Assembly (NCBI GenBank): GCA_050230475.1
Contig: JBFLGF010000198.1
Span: 1-64,000, forward strand
Reading direction: 5' to 3'
DNA: 64,000 nt
Source of the DNA: Ancylonema sp.
Lineage: Eukaryota
Below the pieces are notes generated by a model that was given only the letters and a program-made list of their open reading frames with translations, was not told the origin of the DNA and searched no databases. Positions within the stretch are counted from its first letter, which is position 1. Each line of letters opens with the position of its first letter. The translations under genes and the position numbers were made by a program. Of the stretch, positions 1-11,862 are shown piece by piece.

Positions 1-24
1 CATCATCATCATCATCATCATCAT
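1..24. repeat. (CAT)n microsatellite
   Basis: Tandem CAT units at the window start. Confidence 0.9.
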
Positions 25-257
25 TTTCTTTGTATTTATTTATTCATAGAATAATATTATGACAACATTTCACGAATCGAGATCTCAAACTTTCCTGATG
101 ATCCTGGGCTAAAAGGCTCAAATCAGGCAACATCTTTCAACAATAACAAGGGCAACACAATTAGTAAGAAACCCATATCCCAAATCCAGACACTGTGTTA
201 CACTCATACGACTCGTCAACAACCTTCAGAAGTGAATCGATACTTCTCAAATCTCAC

Positions 258-1564
258 CTTCTTCGTCCCCAGATACGCCCGTTGGCCTTTCTCTCCCATT
301 ATACACTGCTGCTCTGCTCCCCACAATGAGTATGCCCTCTTCGCGTAACGGCTTAAGAGCTCTTCAGAGTGCCACGTGGTCACGCATGCTGCCGCCCTGG
401 ATGAGCGACAGCTGGACCACTGGCATGGCGTCACCTAGCAGCATCCACTTGAGAGGGGCCCAGGAGCCGTGGTCCAGACCGTGACCCGCATCGCCTCGTA
501 TCGCGATGCCATTGGCCGCTAGGACCTGCAGTAATATAGAGATATCAAATTATATATAACGATCTTCTGTTGGAGCTCAACTTTCTAACCATCTCTTTCT
601 TCTTACTGACGTCCCGACAGATAGATGAGGGAGAAGAGCCACAAACAGTGCACAAAAAAAAAAAAAAAAAAAAAATGCAGCTGTGAGCCATCAATTTGAG
701 TGATCGACCAACCACTGACATTCGTGCGTGAGAAGACATTTAGAAAATTGGAATACCAGCTTCGATGCCAAGCTGACCAATTCTTGCTCAGTTTTTTTTT
801 ATAACGAAAATAGGAAATCTCAAACTCTCACCTTGATGACCTTCTGTGCAGTTTCCGGTGACCCCTTCCCGGGGTACTGAATCTGATACAGGGGGGCAGG
901 GAAGCCATAGAAATCGTAGATGGTCGGTGGCTCCAGCCCCGTGTTCACTCGGACGGGGTGCTCCTCCCAATGGCCACGCACCATCAAGATCGCGTTCACA
1001 CCAGGGAGGGTGATGATCTGGAGCGAATGGGACAGGTGGCAGGTCAGGAATGGTGTTTTGCAGGTCTGCAATCGCAAAACATTCGATGGTTGTATTTTGT
1101 GGACTCCAGAGATGCAATTACTGCTTCTAGGTGTTTTTTCAGAAGAAGATCGGATGACTGGATTGTGGCCGTCTTAAGCTGGTCCAAGTAAGTGGTGTAC
1201 GTCTATATACCCAGAATCTCAGGACGCAGGTACCGAAAACTGGATATAACGGATGCAAGGGTGGAAAGGTACTATGAGTGGGTAAAAGCTGGCAGTAATA
1301 GTCAGGGCAGCGGAAGTGGTGCAGGATGCATTGACGACGTACGGAAAATGTAGTACGTTAAGTACGGATACCCACGATCCGCAGAGCCCGTCGCAACCCT
1401 ACCAAACACATAATCCAACGGCGGACAAGGCATGACGGTCTCACCTGGCTCCCCAGCTTGGTCCAGAGTTCTGAGTCCTCGTTGGTTTTAAGGGCTGAGA
1501 ATGGAGAGCCATGGGAGAGGAATATTGCGGGCAGCTCCTGCGTTGAACCGTTCTCGGAAACCAT
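258..1564 (-). pseudogene. DODA: LigB/DODA-family extradiol dioxygenase paralog, disrupted (exons 1445-1564, 832-1017, about 258-525; remaining exons would lie left of the window)
   Basis: FLSHGSP, GHWE, TIYDFYGFP and GLDHGSW motifs, with the same introns as the neighbouring copy. In-frame TGA at 364-366 where the paralog has GGA. SGTAVHN has become SRAAVYN, and a frameshift precedes RAYLGTKK. Confidence 0.88.
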
Positions 1565-2411
1565 TCTTCCCTCACTCGAGGCAGTGGGCAGAATACCGGC
1601 CTAGGATTGGTCGATAGACGGCAAGGTAGTGCCAGATTCAAACAACGAGACTGCGAAATGCACTAACGGTGTTTGGGTGAGTGATTGGGGACCTGAGTCG
1701 GTTAAAAATGCAAGCGCGTCCACAATGCTGTAGACAGGATGTCGTGGCAGAATTTGCAGCGCAATGTCTTTCCACGAGGTTGATAGTACATCCTATATAT
1801 TGTACGATTACAATTTGAGTTACAGAAACATTACCCGAAAGCATTCGTACGGACGTGACAAAAACAAAGAGGACTGTTTCGAAGTGACAAGTTGTAGCAC
1901 CCCGACAATGGAGGTTGTTTTAACGGTGTCTGTAAGCCAAAATCGGCTCACAGAGCGGGGCCACTGCGGGAAAGGAATGTTAGAGGGCCCATAGCATGCG
2001 CCCTGGGCGACAGAAAACGTCCCGAAGCGAGAATGGATACAGCAGGAAATTTCCACGAAGTCTCTACGAAAGGTTGGGGGAGCTTGCGGCCATCAGCACA
2101 GAAGTTTGCACCATGCAAACCGACAAACAAGTCATATGCTGACGTAGCAAGGCAGAGTCGGCGACAAAATCCGCAGACACGTGCGTTCGTGATCTCATGA
2201 GCGCATTTGGGCGCAATTGCGCTCATGTGGCTCGGCATTTTTTATTAATTTTCTTTTTAGCCATTTAAAATTTTGATGGCAAATTTGGCCCTAATGTCCC
2301 TTTGAAGGACTAACAACAAAAAAAGCATAGTTAGGGGCATTCCACAAATTGATAATACCCAAGGTCTACATGTTTTATGCACCTTTTGGGTAGTCCTCGA
2401 CACAATGAAGC

Positions 2412-2790
2412 CATAGTTGCACCCAAACGCTTCCGGGTTTGCCAAACACCAAACGCCCAAACGACAAAACGACACATTTTGATAGTTGGTGCCAACACCA
2501 AACGTCTATACGGACGCCCAAACGACCTAGAAGTCCAAACGTCCGTATAGTTGTGCGTACGTTTGGTGTACGTACGTACGTTTAATGTACACACGATTTC
2601 CAAATTGCGTACTAACAAACGGACGATTGAAAAAAAGGCAGAAGGTGATTTTCCTCCCAGATCCCAATCCGGCAGTTTTCAATGGTACCCAAAAACGCAT
2701 GGCTAATTTCTTGAACGCTTGGGCGTTGGCCAAGCGCATGCGTTTGGAAAAGCCGTTTAAATTATATTTTCTCGTTTGGATGCAACCATG
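2412..2790. mobile_element. Non-autonomous TIR element (MITE), hAT-like
   Basis: Terminal inverted repeats CATAGTTGCACCCAAACG / CGTTTGGATGCAACCATG and many internal CCAAAC(G) subterminal repeats. TSD not clearly preserved. Confidence 0.65.
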
Positions 2791-3534
2791 ATGTAGGCGC
2801 GACTATCCGCACAGTGTTAGAGAATGTCATTGAAGTGTGCCACTAGCGTGTGCGTAGAATGAGGCATGATGAACGATAACCATCGCGGCGGGTGATGCCT
2901 TGTTGCAAAGACGATTGGCACGTCTCTTTCACGATTGCGTAGGGCACGACAGAACCGTGCAACCGTAAATATGATCCATGTGGGGCTAGTCTCTAATATG
3001 AACTTGAGCACGAGCTTGTTCCAATGTTGTATTCCATCGTCCAACTTGTTACGACCTTTTCACTAGTTTCCAACCTTTTTGGCTTGTTCAAAACAAGTTG
3101 TAGCTCTAAAAGATGTTGACACGAATTGACACATTAGGGCTACATTTGTTATTTCCGTGTCACTCACGCAGTGGGTTGGAACACGATGTTAACCTCGAGG
3201 TTAAAGGTTAAGGGTAAATCCCCAATCTAGTAACACTGCTTGGAGCAAGTGACCCAATCTTGTGGCTAGTACTCCGTAATCACATGTTCATTGTTTTGTT
3301 TTGCTCTTGCGTGTTGGCTTCGACGAGATCGACGAGACTGTATCTTTTTACACATTGTGCAAATCAAACCAGTGTCAATGTGTGTCTCCGACTTCTCCAA
3401 TATACAAAATGGATTTTTGTAGGGAAGGGCATCTTAGATCAATAGCGACGGGCAAGAGTTGCATTTCAGTTGTATACATTGGACACACACATAGATGTTG
3501 CAACATGGTTTTGGACACAAATGACTATCAACAC

Positions 3535-3577
3535 ACAACAACAACAACAATACCAACAACAACAACAACAACAACAA
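3535..3577. repeat. (CAA)n microsatellite
   Basis: Imperfect CAA run; explains the poly-Q/T/L/C ORFs at 3301-3892. Confidence 0.9.
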
Positions 3578-3825
3578 TTTGTGCAAAACAAAATAAAGGA
3601 ACCATGCAATGTGCATCTCTTGTCTGCTTGCCTAGTTAAACACACGATAAAACAAACAATATGTGTTCCAACTTTATGTAGATACAAATTTACATCTACT
3701 AGTTTACGTCCGCCACATTCGCTCATGCACCGGAATAGTCATGGTGAGTACCTCGCCCTTGCCTTCGTATATACAAATTTCCATTTAACAAATACAAGCA
3801 AAAAAAATAAACATGTCAAATCTAC

Positions 3826-6324
3826 CTACAAGGCAAACCCGTTTCCAAAAGTGAAGCATGCGTTGCTAAACGACATCTCTTGTCTATGGTGAACTTTTTG
3901 CCCAACATCATCCCCAGCCGCACCTCCAGCCACATGGAGGGGCAAAAGATGCTCCAAGGACGGATGCGCTTTTCGTAGTGACGGATGTTGCGCCAGATCT
4001 GCAATTTCCAGACCCACTAAAGGAGGTTTAGACTTCACCCGGGAATTCTCGCGCTAGTCTTTGCAACCCAATCAAAAGTCATTCCAAAATTTTGCAGCAT
4101 ACAATTTGCAACCCACAGTCAGCCAAAATATTAGATGTCTGCATGCTATGTCCAACCCCGTGTGCATCCCGGGACTCATCCCCATTTCAAACCTCATTGA
4201 ATCGACACTATCGAAAATAAGTTTTTTATGCAAAACGTAAGCTGACAAGGAAGGTTGCACTTGAGGTGCTTTGAACCTTATACATATTTATACAAAAAGT
4301 TGAATGCGGTACAACCTACAGGTTGGTAATGCTTTAGGTCTGTCTTGTAGCCGGATAGTATATATTACAACATACTCGCACAACTCCAGTAGATGTTGTG
4401 ACCGTTGCATGAAAAAAAAACTCAGTCCTCCATTCGTATGTGCATTCTGTTCTCTCTCAGTCCACAATCCTCATTCGTTCCTTTCTTCATATTCACAAAA
4501 CTCCAAAAGTAGATCTGTAATCTGTCCTCAGGACGAAGTAAGAAAGCGAAAAAAATCCACCCACCGATCAGCTTTTGTTCTCTCTTTGCTGCTGACAGGT
4601 CGCCAACGACAGCTTCCTCAAGCGCTTTGTCAAAAATGTCGACATACGGAGCAACCTGAGGGGCAGAAAGGAAGGTCTGGGCAGAATGCGGCAGAAGTCT
4701 GGACTGGAGATAGGCAGAACATTGACTCGAAAGATGACGCATGAAATCTTCCCGGGCCGATCGCATTCAGGTTTGAGTACAGTGTCAGATTCGATATTTA
4801 AGCAAAGTTTGTTACATAGATAAATCAACTTCAAAGTCGACTTGTAAAGATGTGAAGTACAAACACTAGCAGTTCTTTTGTCCTTTCTTTCTCTTTCTTT
4901 CTTTGTTTTTTGTCGTCTCTTCAAAGTATTTGTTTGTCTCTTTGCTGGTCCTCCGTTTTGTAAAGATATTCAAAGTTCTGGCTTTCTCCAAAAGACTATC
5001 CAATGCAATGGCATCAATCAACAGAAGGCAATACGCTCAGAAGACAGTGGGGTCCGTTTCAATCTCAAACAATCCACTTTTTCCAATTTTCCAAATCGCC
5101 ACTCCACATCTTCATTCCTCCCCACCTTCCCACTCCGTATGTAGACCCTCATGTCCGGAATGTTATGCACGGCGGTTCCGCTCCCAACGATGAGAATCCC
5201 CTCTTCGCGTAACGGCTTCAGAGCTCTTCCGAGTGCCACGTGGTCACGCATGCTGCCGCCCCGGATGAGCGACAACTGGACCACTGGGATGGTGCCACCT
5301 GGTAGCATCCACTTGAGAGGGACCCAGGAGCCGTGGTCCAAACCGTGACCCGCATCTCCACGTGCCGTGATGCCATTGGCCGCTAGGACCTGCAGAAATG
5401 CACAAGATTTGCATACTGAAAGCTGGCCTACACTTTTACTTGAATGGTCGTTTTCAAATCAAACAAGAGGGGGTAAGTTTTTTTTTTGTTTGAGTGATAT
5501 TGTGTTTGTGTAAAAGAGGGGGTTGTTGACTAGAGTCTTGCACAATCTGTACAGATTGTTGTTCGAAGTGTTAATGCGTGCGGATCAGAAAAAAAAACGT
5601 TGACACTATGTGAGTGGGAGGTAAATATAATAAATTAGAATCCCGCTTTCCCTCACCTTGATGACCTTCTGTGCAGTTTCCGGTGACCCCTTCCCGGGGT
5701 ACTGAATCTGATACAGGGGGGCAGGGAAGCCATAGAAATCGTAGATGGTCGGTGGCTCCAGCCCCGTGTTCACACGAACGGGGTGCTCCTCCCAATGGCC
5801 ACTCACTATTAAGATCGTTTTTACACCAGGGAGGGTGATGATCTGGAGCGAATGGGACAGGTGGCAGGTCAGGAATGGTTCTGTGCAGGTCTACCTATAG
5901 CTGTCAGATGTGATTATGATTTCATCTGTGCTCTATGAAAGGTATTGAGATGGGACTGTGGGGAAGTTGGTAGATGAATGGAATCCAGCATCCCGCGCAG
6001 CTGGTTATATCAGTCTTGCGCACCTTTGGTGCGCCTTTTAAAAAAACTTGCAGTCATACACTGATCAGCACAGAGCAACTGTCAACTATTTTATATATTT
6101 CTGTTGTAGGTGAATACTGGGGCTGGGGTCTGAAAACTGCGGCGATATGATCGGACTTCATTCAAGGACGAGTTCAGATTGCTGTCAGGGGAAGACGAAC
6201 TCACTTGGCTCCCCAGCTTCGCCCAGAATGCTGCTTCCTCGTTAAATTCAATTGCCGACATAGGAGACCCGTGTGACAGATAAATTACGGGCAGGGGCAG
6301 AGGTGGCGCGTTCTCACGAGCCAT
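3826..6324 (-). CDS. DODA: LigB/DODA-family (4,5-DOPA dioxygenase-like) extradiol ring-cleavage dioxygenase, about 277 aa; exons 6205-6324, 5657-5842, 5126-5389, 4565-4655, 3826-3998
   Basis: Five GT-AG exons splice to 834 nt in frame. Motifs YLSHGSP, VSGHWE, TIYDFYGFP, GLDHGSWVPL, PVVQLS, GSGTAVHN, AHPSLEHLLPLHVAGGAAG. Confidence 0.9.
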
Positions 6325-7189
6325 CGGGTCCTTCCTCGGAAAAGAGCGCAGGGAAATGGCTGCGAGGTCTTCACAACGCTGTGAATTTTCGAGAGAAACG
6401 CACGCCGGGATTGCTATGCAAGAAACAGGCTTCGCGGTCCAAATTCTGCGCGGGGAAGCACTAGCGAGTCGGTTGAACTTAGAAAGCAGACTCGGAGAGT
6501 GTCTGAAACACTTACGAGAACGCGGAGAGTGGAAGCAGTGGTCGATCGCAACGAGCATCGAGGCTTCAGATTCTTAAGGTTACTCACATTTTGCAATGAG
6601 CATATTGCTGGAGGCAACAGTCGCCCTACTGCAAAATGGAGGTAGTCATACAACAGAAAGACAGCCACAATCACGACCTATAATTGGACCGCAGATGTAT
6701 GCGGAGAGCATTTAAGCTGTCGGTCAGCCGGGAATGCCAGGGGCTGCTGGCAGGTCTGCATGCGGTCTCTCCTTTTTCTCGGGGAGATGCCGAGGACCAC
6801 TGGGAGCGACCACTTCGAGAAGGAACAGGATTCCTGACACAACTTCCACGAAATTACAAGGAAGGTGCATGAGTGTTTGGAACCTTGAGCTTGGTGAGCT
6901 CAGATAATAAGGGATCATACTGTCAATGAGGCGAAAAACATGGGATCTGGGCTCTGGGCCCAACCCCACAAGTTGAGAAGAGAGCCCGAGTTTCACGGCA
7001 CCATGACGGAGCTCATGCGGGCTCCTGAGACCCTAGTTGGAGTAATTGAAATGGTTTTTTATTGATCTTTACACACGTCAATATAGAATAGCGTAAATAG
7101 ATGGTACTTCCATTTGATTCCATTCGATTCCGATTGATAATATCATTGTCAACACCCTAGACCACCGAATGTACAATAGTATAAAATTG

Positions 7190-7923
7190 GTTAGTTGCAC
7201 CAATACGTGGCTGCCGTTTGCATACGGCCCATACATGATCCTTGCCGTATGTAGTTTTCTATACGGCTAATTTATATATATATAATTATAATTATTGTGT
7301 TGAAAATTTTCGGTACACATTTTCCAATCCGAAAATTATGCCGAGTCATTTTTTTTTAAAAAATAATGGTTGATTATATCCATCCATTACATTTGAAGTT
7401 ATTTTAACTAATCAATATGTCTTCAATATTCTGAGAAATGATGATAAATGAAAATTCTTATCTCAATCTCCGCCTCCTTTTCATTTCATATTCCATCTAC
7501 TTTATTCCATTTTTATTATCTATTGCTCTCATGCTTGGTGTGAGAGGGAATAAACCAATTTGGCTCAACATTAAATACGAACATTAAGTAAGTACCTATA
7601 CTCTCCTTCAAGTATCTATCCAAACCCCATACGAATAGCATGTAGCATAGGTACCATTTATGAAAATGTCGATATAAGAGACACAGTTCACCGCCGACTC
7701 GTTGACATACACCTACGCCTATACTTTTAATGTAGGCACAAAGCTTAGGTGTGCCACGTACGGTTACGGGTTGATCAGTTTTTGAACATCCATATCCGTG
7801 AAATTAAATTTTCAATATGAAAATTTTGCCCGAACGTATGTAGTCGAATGGAAGCGCCACGTATGGCTGGCAAAAGTATGGCATACGGCGTATGTAGTTT
7901 TTTGCCGTATGGGTGCAACTATG
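7190..7923. mobile_element. Non-autonomous hAT-like element with 8-bp TSD
   Basis: TIRs (GT)TAGTTGCACCAATACG / CGTATGGGTGCAACTATG. Direct repeat TAAAATTG at 7182-7189 and 7924-7931. Subterminal CATACGGC/GCCGTATG repeats. Confidence 0.75.
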
Positions 7924-9009
7924 TAAAATTGTCAACTACATTTATGTTTCAACAAGATAAAAGTACCGAGGTTTCGCCCTTATCTATTGAATCACAAACC
8001 AAAAAGTACGTTATCAGCTCTCGCATTTGGGGTAAAAGTCAAGACGAAATGCACGAGCCAATCAACGAGAAAACCAAAACGAAAAACAACTAAATTCGTT
8101 TTCAAGCATTAAAAAAAAAAAACCACTACGTCATAACTTTCTGAAAAGATTAATAATAATTGGAATCATAATAAAATCGCTTTAGGTACCCTCAATGTAC
8201 TGTTCGGGGGTATTTTAACATATATTATTGTTGGTCAATCCTCCTTGTTTGTCACGAGAATTACCTTACTTCATGATGTGCTACATGTCTACAAGACAAG
8301 AAAGACTATGTGAGAAGAAAGACAATGTGTGCTTACAGGCTCGACACCTCCTTGTTGAGTTGGTGCAAACCACTTTCATACTATGGCGTCGAAGTACGAT
8401 GTGGCATGACATTGTTTAACAAGTGCCTCGAAATGAGACAATGAGAATATGATTATCTCCAATGTCGCTATAGTCTCTCATGCAAAAAATGATCAACGTC
8501 TTTAGTAAGTTCGAACTAATACATAAAGTAAGCGAATAAGAGTTGCAAGGTGCATCGTTTACACCTTAACCTCCATCTAGCCTCACTCGTTTGATTGAGA
8601 TCATATTTTGGCCCGATCCCGGATGTAGATCGAAGCCGGATCGGACCCGCCGCGATTGGCATCGGATCAGAGATCGCCTGATCGTACCCGGCCCAATTCG
8701 TAAGGGGGGGGTGGAGACACGTTGTTTTTGGGTTCACGCCATATTTGGCGCACGTACAGAAAAAAAACAATCAATTTTCACTTTATGGTCGCCGCGATCC
8801 GGATCGGATCCGCGTTCAGTCCGATCCGGATCGGCGCCGGATCATGAATTATCCGACTGGCCCGGGGAAGGTTATCTGGAACTTCGAAAATCAATCCAAA
8901 ATCCGCAAAACACAAGCAAAATCCTCTTCGCCCAGCCTCAAGATTGTCGTGAACCACCTTGCACAATGCATGCGTGTTTTTATCTCTCATTGTATTTGGC
9001 ACTCAACTC

Positions 9010-9447
9010 AATGCAATCAACACAAATGTGCCACGACCGTAAAAAGATTTGAATGATTATGAAGAGTGATTTGATTATGAACTCCCCGTCCCCTCACAAC
9101 AATGTACTTGTTTGCGAGGGGCCCCTAATTTAAGTATGAAAATACAAAAGTAAGTATATTTTTTCAAATGTGACACATGTCTCAAAGCACCTTTGAATGA
9201 CTAAACCGCACAACTACAGTTTGATCGAAATAAATGCAATCAACACAAATGTGGTACGACCGTAAAACGTTTCGAATGATTATGAAGCGTTATTTGATTA
9301 TAAATTCCCGTTCCCTCACAACATACTTGTTTGCGAGAGGCCTCTAATTTAAGTTTTTAATAGATAAGTAAATATTCTTTTTCAAATGTGAAATATGTCT
9401 TAAAGCTTTTTGGAAGGACTACAATGCAAAACTGCAGTTTGATCGAA
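9010..9447. repeat. Diverged tandem duplication, two units of about 220 bp
   Basis: AATGCAATCAACACAAATGTG...CAGTTTGATCGAA begins at 9010 and again at 9233. Confidence 0.85.
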
Positions 9448-9719
9448 GAAAAAAACAAAATACACTCTCATGTACAATAAACTTTCTCTAATTCTCAAAT
9501 GCTAAGTATATCAAATGCTAAGTATGTATTTTTCTTCTCATGGTCTGGCCGTTTTCATAGACAAGTAGAATCCACAACTATCTCATATCTCTACCTCTTC
9601 CTTTTTCAAAGCACGATGAAATGATGCCTATTCTTGAGTATGTTCGAAGCAACCCTTCTGAGTAGACAAGAATTATCTCATAGGCGATATATTTTCTCAC
9701 GTGGGCCCTGTATCCGATT

Positions 9720-11862
9720 TTATTCCACGTCGAGGGCACTAAATTCCTCCCACAAAGCCCCATCTTCGTGTCTACCATTTCGAAAATTGAGGGCATGCGC
9801 CCTCACTTCCACTGAACTTCGTCCAAAATACATTTGAATTTCTACCTCCCTATCCAAGCCCTTTCTGACATCTGGGATCAGGAAAGAAAAGCTTCCCTCC
9901 TTTTTCACGCCATCTTCATCCGTGAACTCCACATCGGTGCTCTCGCTACTGAACAACTCTACCACTATCTTTGTTGACTCTGGATGGGAAGGACACACTA
10001 TGTGCCTGATATGCGAATCGAATCTCACTTCATCTCCCTTCTTAACAAATGTGAGAAATTTGTCGGGTTCTTCGAGTGCGAGAACAAATGGAGAGCCTAA
10101 ACGTGTGATAAAGTATGCGGGATTGAGTTGAAGAGATGTATTCAGAACTCCAATCCCGTATGTCTTGCGAGAGATCCTCGAAACAACGAGATCCGGCCTT
10201 AAGCCAAACATCGCCGCGCCGATGCAAACAGCTGCACCTGCGTTCTCGGGTTTAACAACCGGCATACCAGGAAACTCCTCTTGGATGCGCCTTCGGAGGT
10301 ATACACTCTCAGAGAAACCACCCACCATCAAAATCGCCTTGCATTTTCCGATTTCTCGCACGTGGTCACCAATCAGCCGAAGGATGTTGTTGACGATGGG
10401 ATCAAATATATCGCGCATGTCTTGAGAAGAAAGGGTGATGTCGTCGGTATCCGTGTCGGGCTCCTCGATACCATGAGTCTTGTTGTATCGCTCCCAAGAT
10501 TCCAACAAACCAGACGTTAAATCAAGAACCACGTCTTCTTTTGGGTTACCTCTGCAAAAATGATCGAGCCGAAAAAGTACATCGATGGCACTTCGGTCAG
10601 CCTACTTTACTTCAATGATGCATGTTTGCATCCATCTTCCATCAACCTCTGATTCACCTTCATGCCTCATATTTCACAAGCAATATTCCATCTCAATCAG
10701 TCTATTAATTCAACTCGAATTCCTGAAATGTATATGCAGGCAACCTTTTGATGCAAAAAGAAAGAGATGCATATATTACAAGTGCGAAGTTCTCTTACCT
10801 GAAAGTGTTCTTTCCTTTCCTGTGCCATTGCTCCATGAATTCGATCATCTCCGACGGGTGATCTTTCATGTACTCCTCACGCACCGGAATCCTCGCCCTC
10901 AAATGCTTTTCGAAGTACTCGTCGATGTATTTCCCTCCATAACACCCTCCCGAGCTTTCGGTGACCTCCTTCGTTGCTCCGCACTTGAGCTCCCGTTGTC
11001 CCACCAGGTCGACCGTCCCCCCACCCGCATCTACGACCACGAAGCGCGCTCTAGGAGGGAGTCGCGGAGCACCTATGGGCCAGTGGATGGGACTTCGGGC
11101 GTATATAGACCCTGCTTCTGGTTCGAGCACAAGCACGAGCTCATGTCTGCTCCCACCATTGTTGTCCCCGCCCCGCGGCTGCACGAGGTGGGCTCGGGCC
11201 ATACAGTGTTTCATCCTTTGCTTGGCTTTATCGTCCCATATACTTGGGACACTCACTACCCACTGCAGGTCGGTCATCGAAATATCGTTTCCAAAGGCCG
11301 ACTTCACCTCCGCTAGGGCGAAGTGTCCAATTTTTGACAAGTAGTCTCTAACCACCTCGTCGACATCGAGACCTTCGGGAAGAGGATCCACAAGACGCCG
11401 AGCCTCCGAGCCGCCGTCGCTTGCACCGAGTAACAATTTGAAATGGGTTACAAACTCGCCGTCTTCTCTATTATCCCGTGAGTCACACTTCACCATGTTG
11501 ACCTGTGTGGAAGAATCTTCGATTCTTATATTTTTGACTTCTCTACTTGCATCAGAGATTGTATCACACGCTTCCGAATGATTGGGAATGGTGGCATGCC
11601 TAATCTTTGCCGACCAGCCCCAGTATTTGAGTTTTAATTGGCCGGGAGTCTGTCGGGCATACCAGAGGCTAGTAGTAGTTTTACTATAAGGAGTTCTTCC
11701 TGTACCGTCTCCAAGTGGCGGCCAATCAGCAAAGAAACGGGGTGGAGAATTCAAGTCCGTTTTTTTGGCGAAGGCGAAGCCTGAAAATGTGGTGCCGAAA
11801 TCTAGTCCCACAACGACCTTTGGACCAGGCATGACGGCTGGTTCCGAATTCTGGTGGGCCAT
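9720..11862 (-). CDS. HSPA12-like atypical Hsp70/actin-fold ATPase, about 631 aa; exons 10799-11862 and 9720-10551
   Basis: VVGLDFGTTFSG (phosphate 1), VSVPSIW, LEPEAGS, VVDAGGGTVD (phosphate 2), MVGGFSES, SRISRKTYG. One phase-2 intron joins the two ORFs into 1896 nt. No EEVD tail. Confidence 0.88.

Noticed and set aside
6684..7040. GC-richer patch with a 90-aa ORF upstream of DODA
   Set aside because: No recognisable motif or boundaries; cannot be assigned.
9010..9447. Tandem units as a snoRNA pair or CRISPR-like array
   Set aside because: Only two long units, no repeat-spacer structure, and no clean C/D or H/ACA boxes with terminal stems.
10585..11344. Long plus-strand ORFs (243 aa, 127 aa) and similar antisense ORFs over other genes
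   Set aside because: These are shadow frames of GC-rich coding sequence on the opposite strand.
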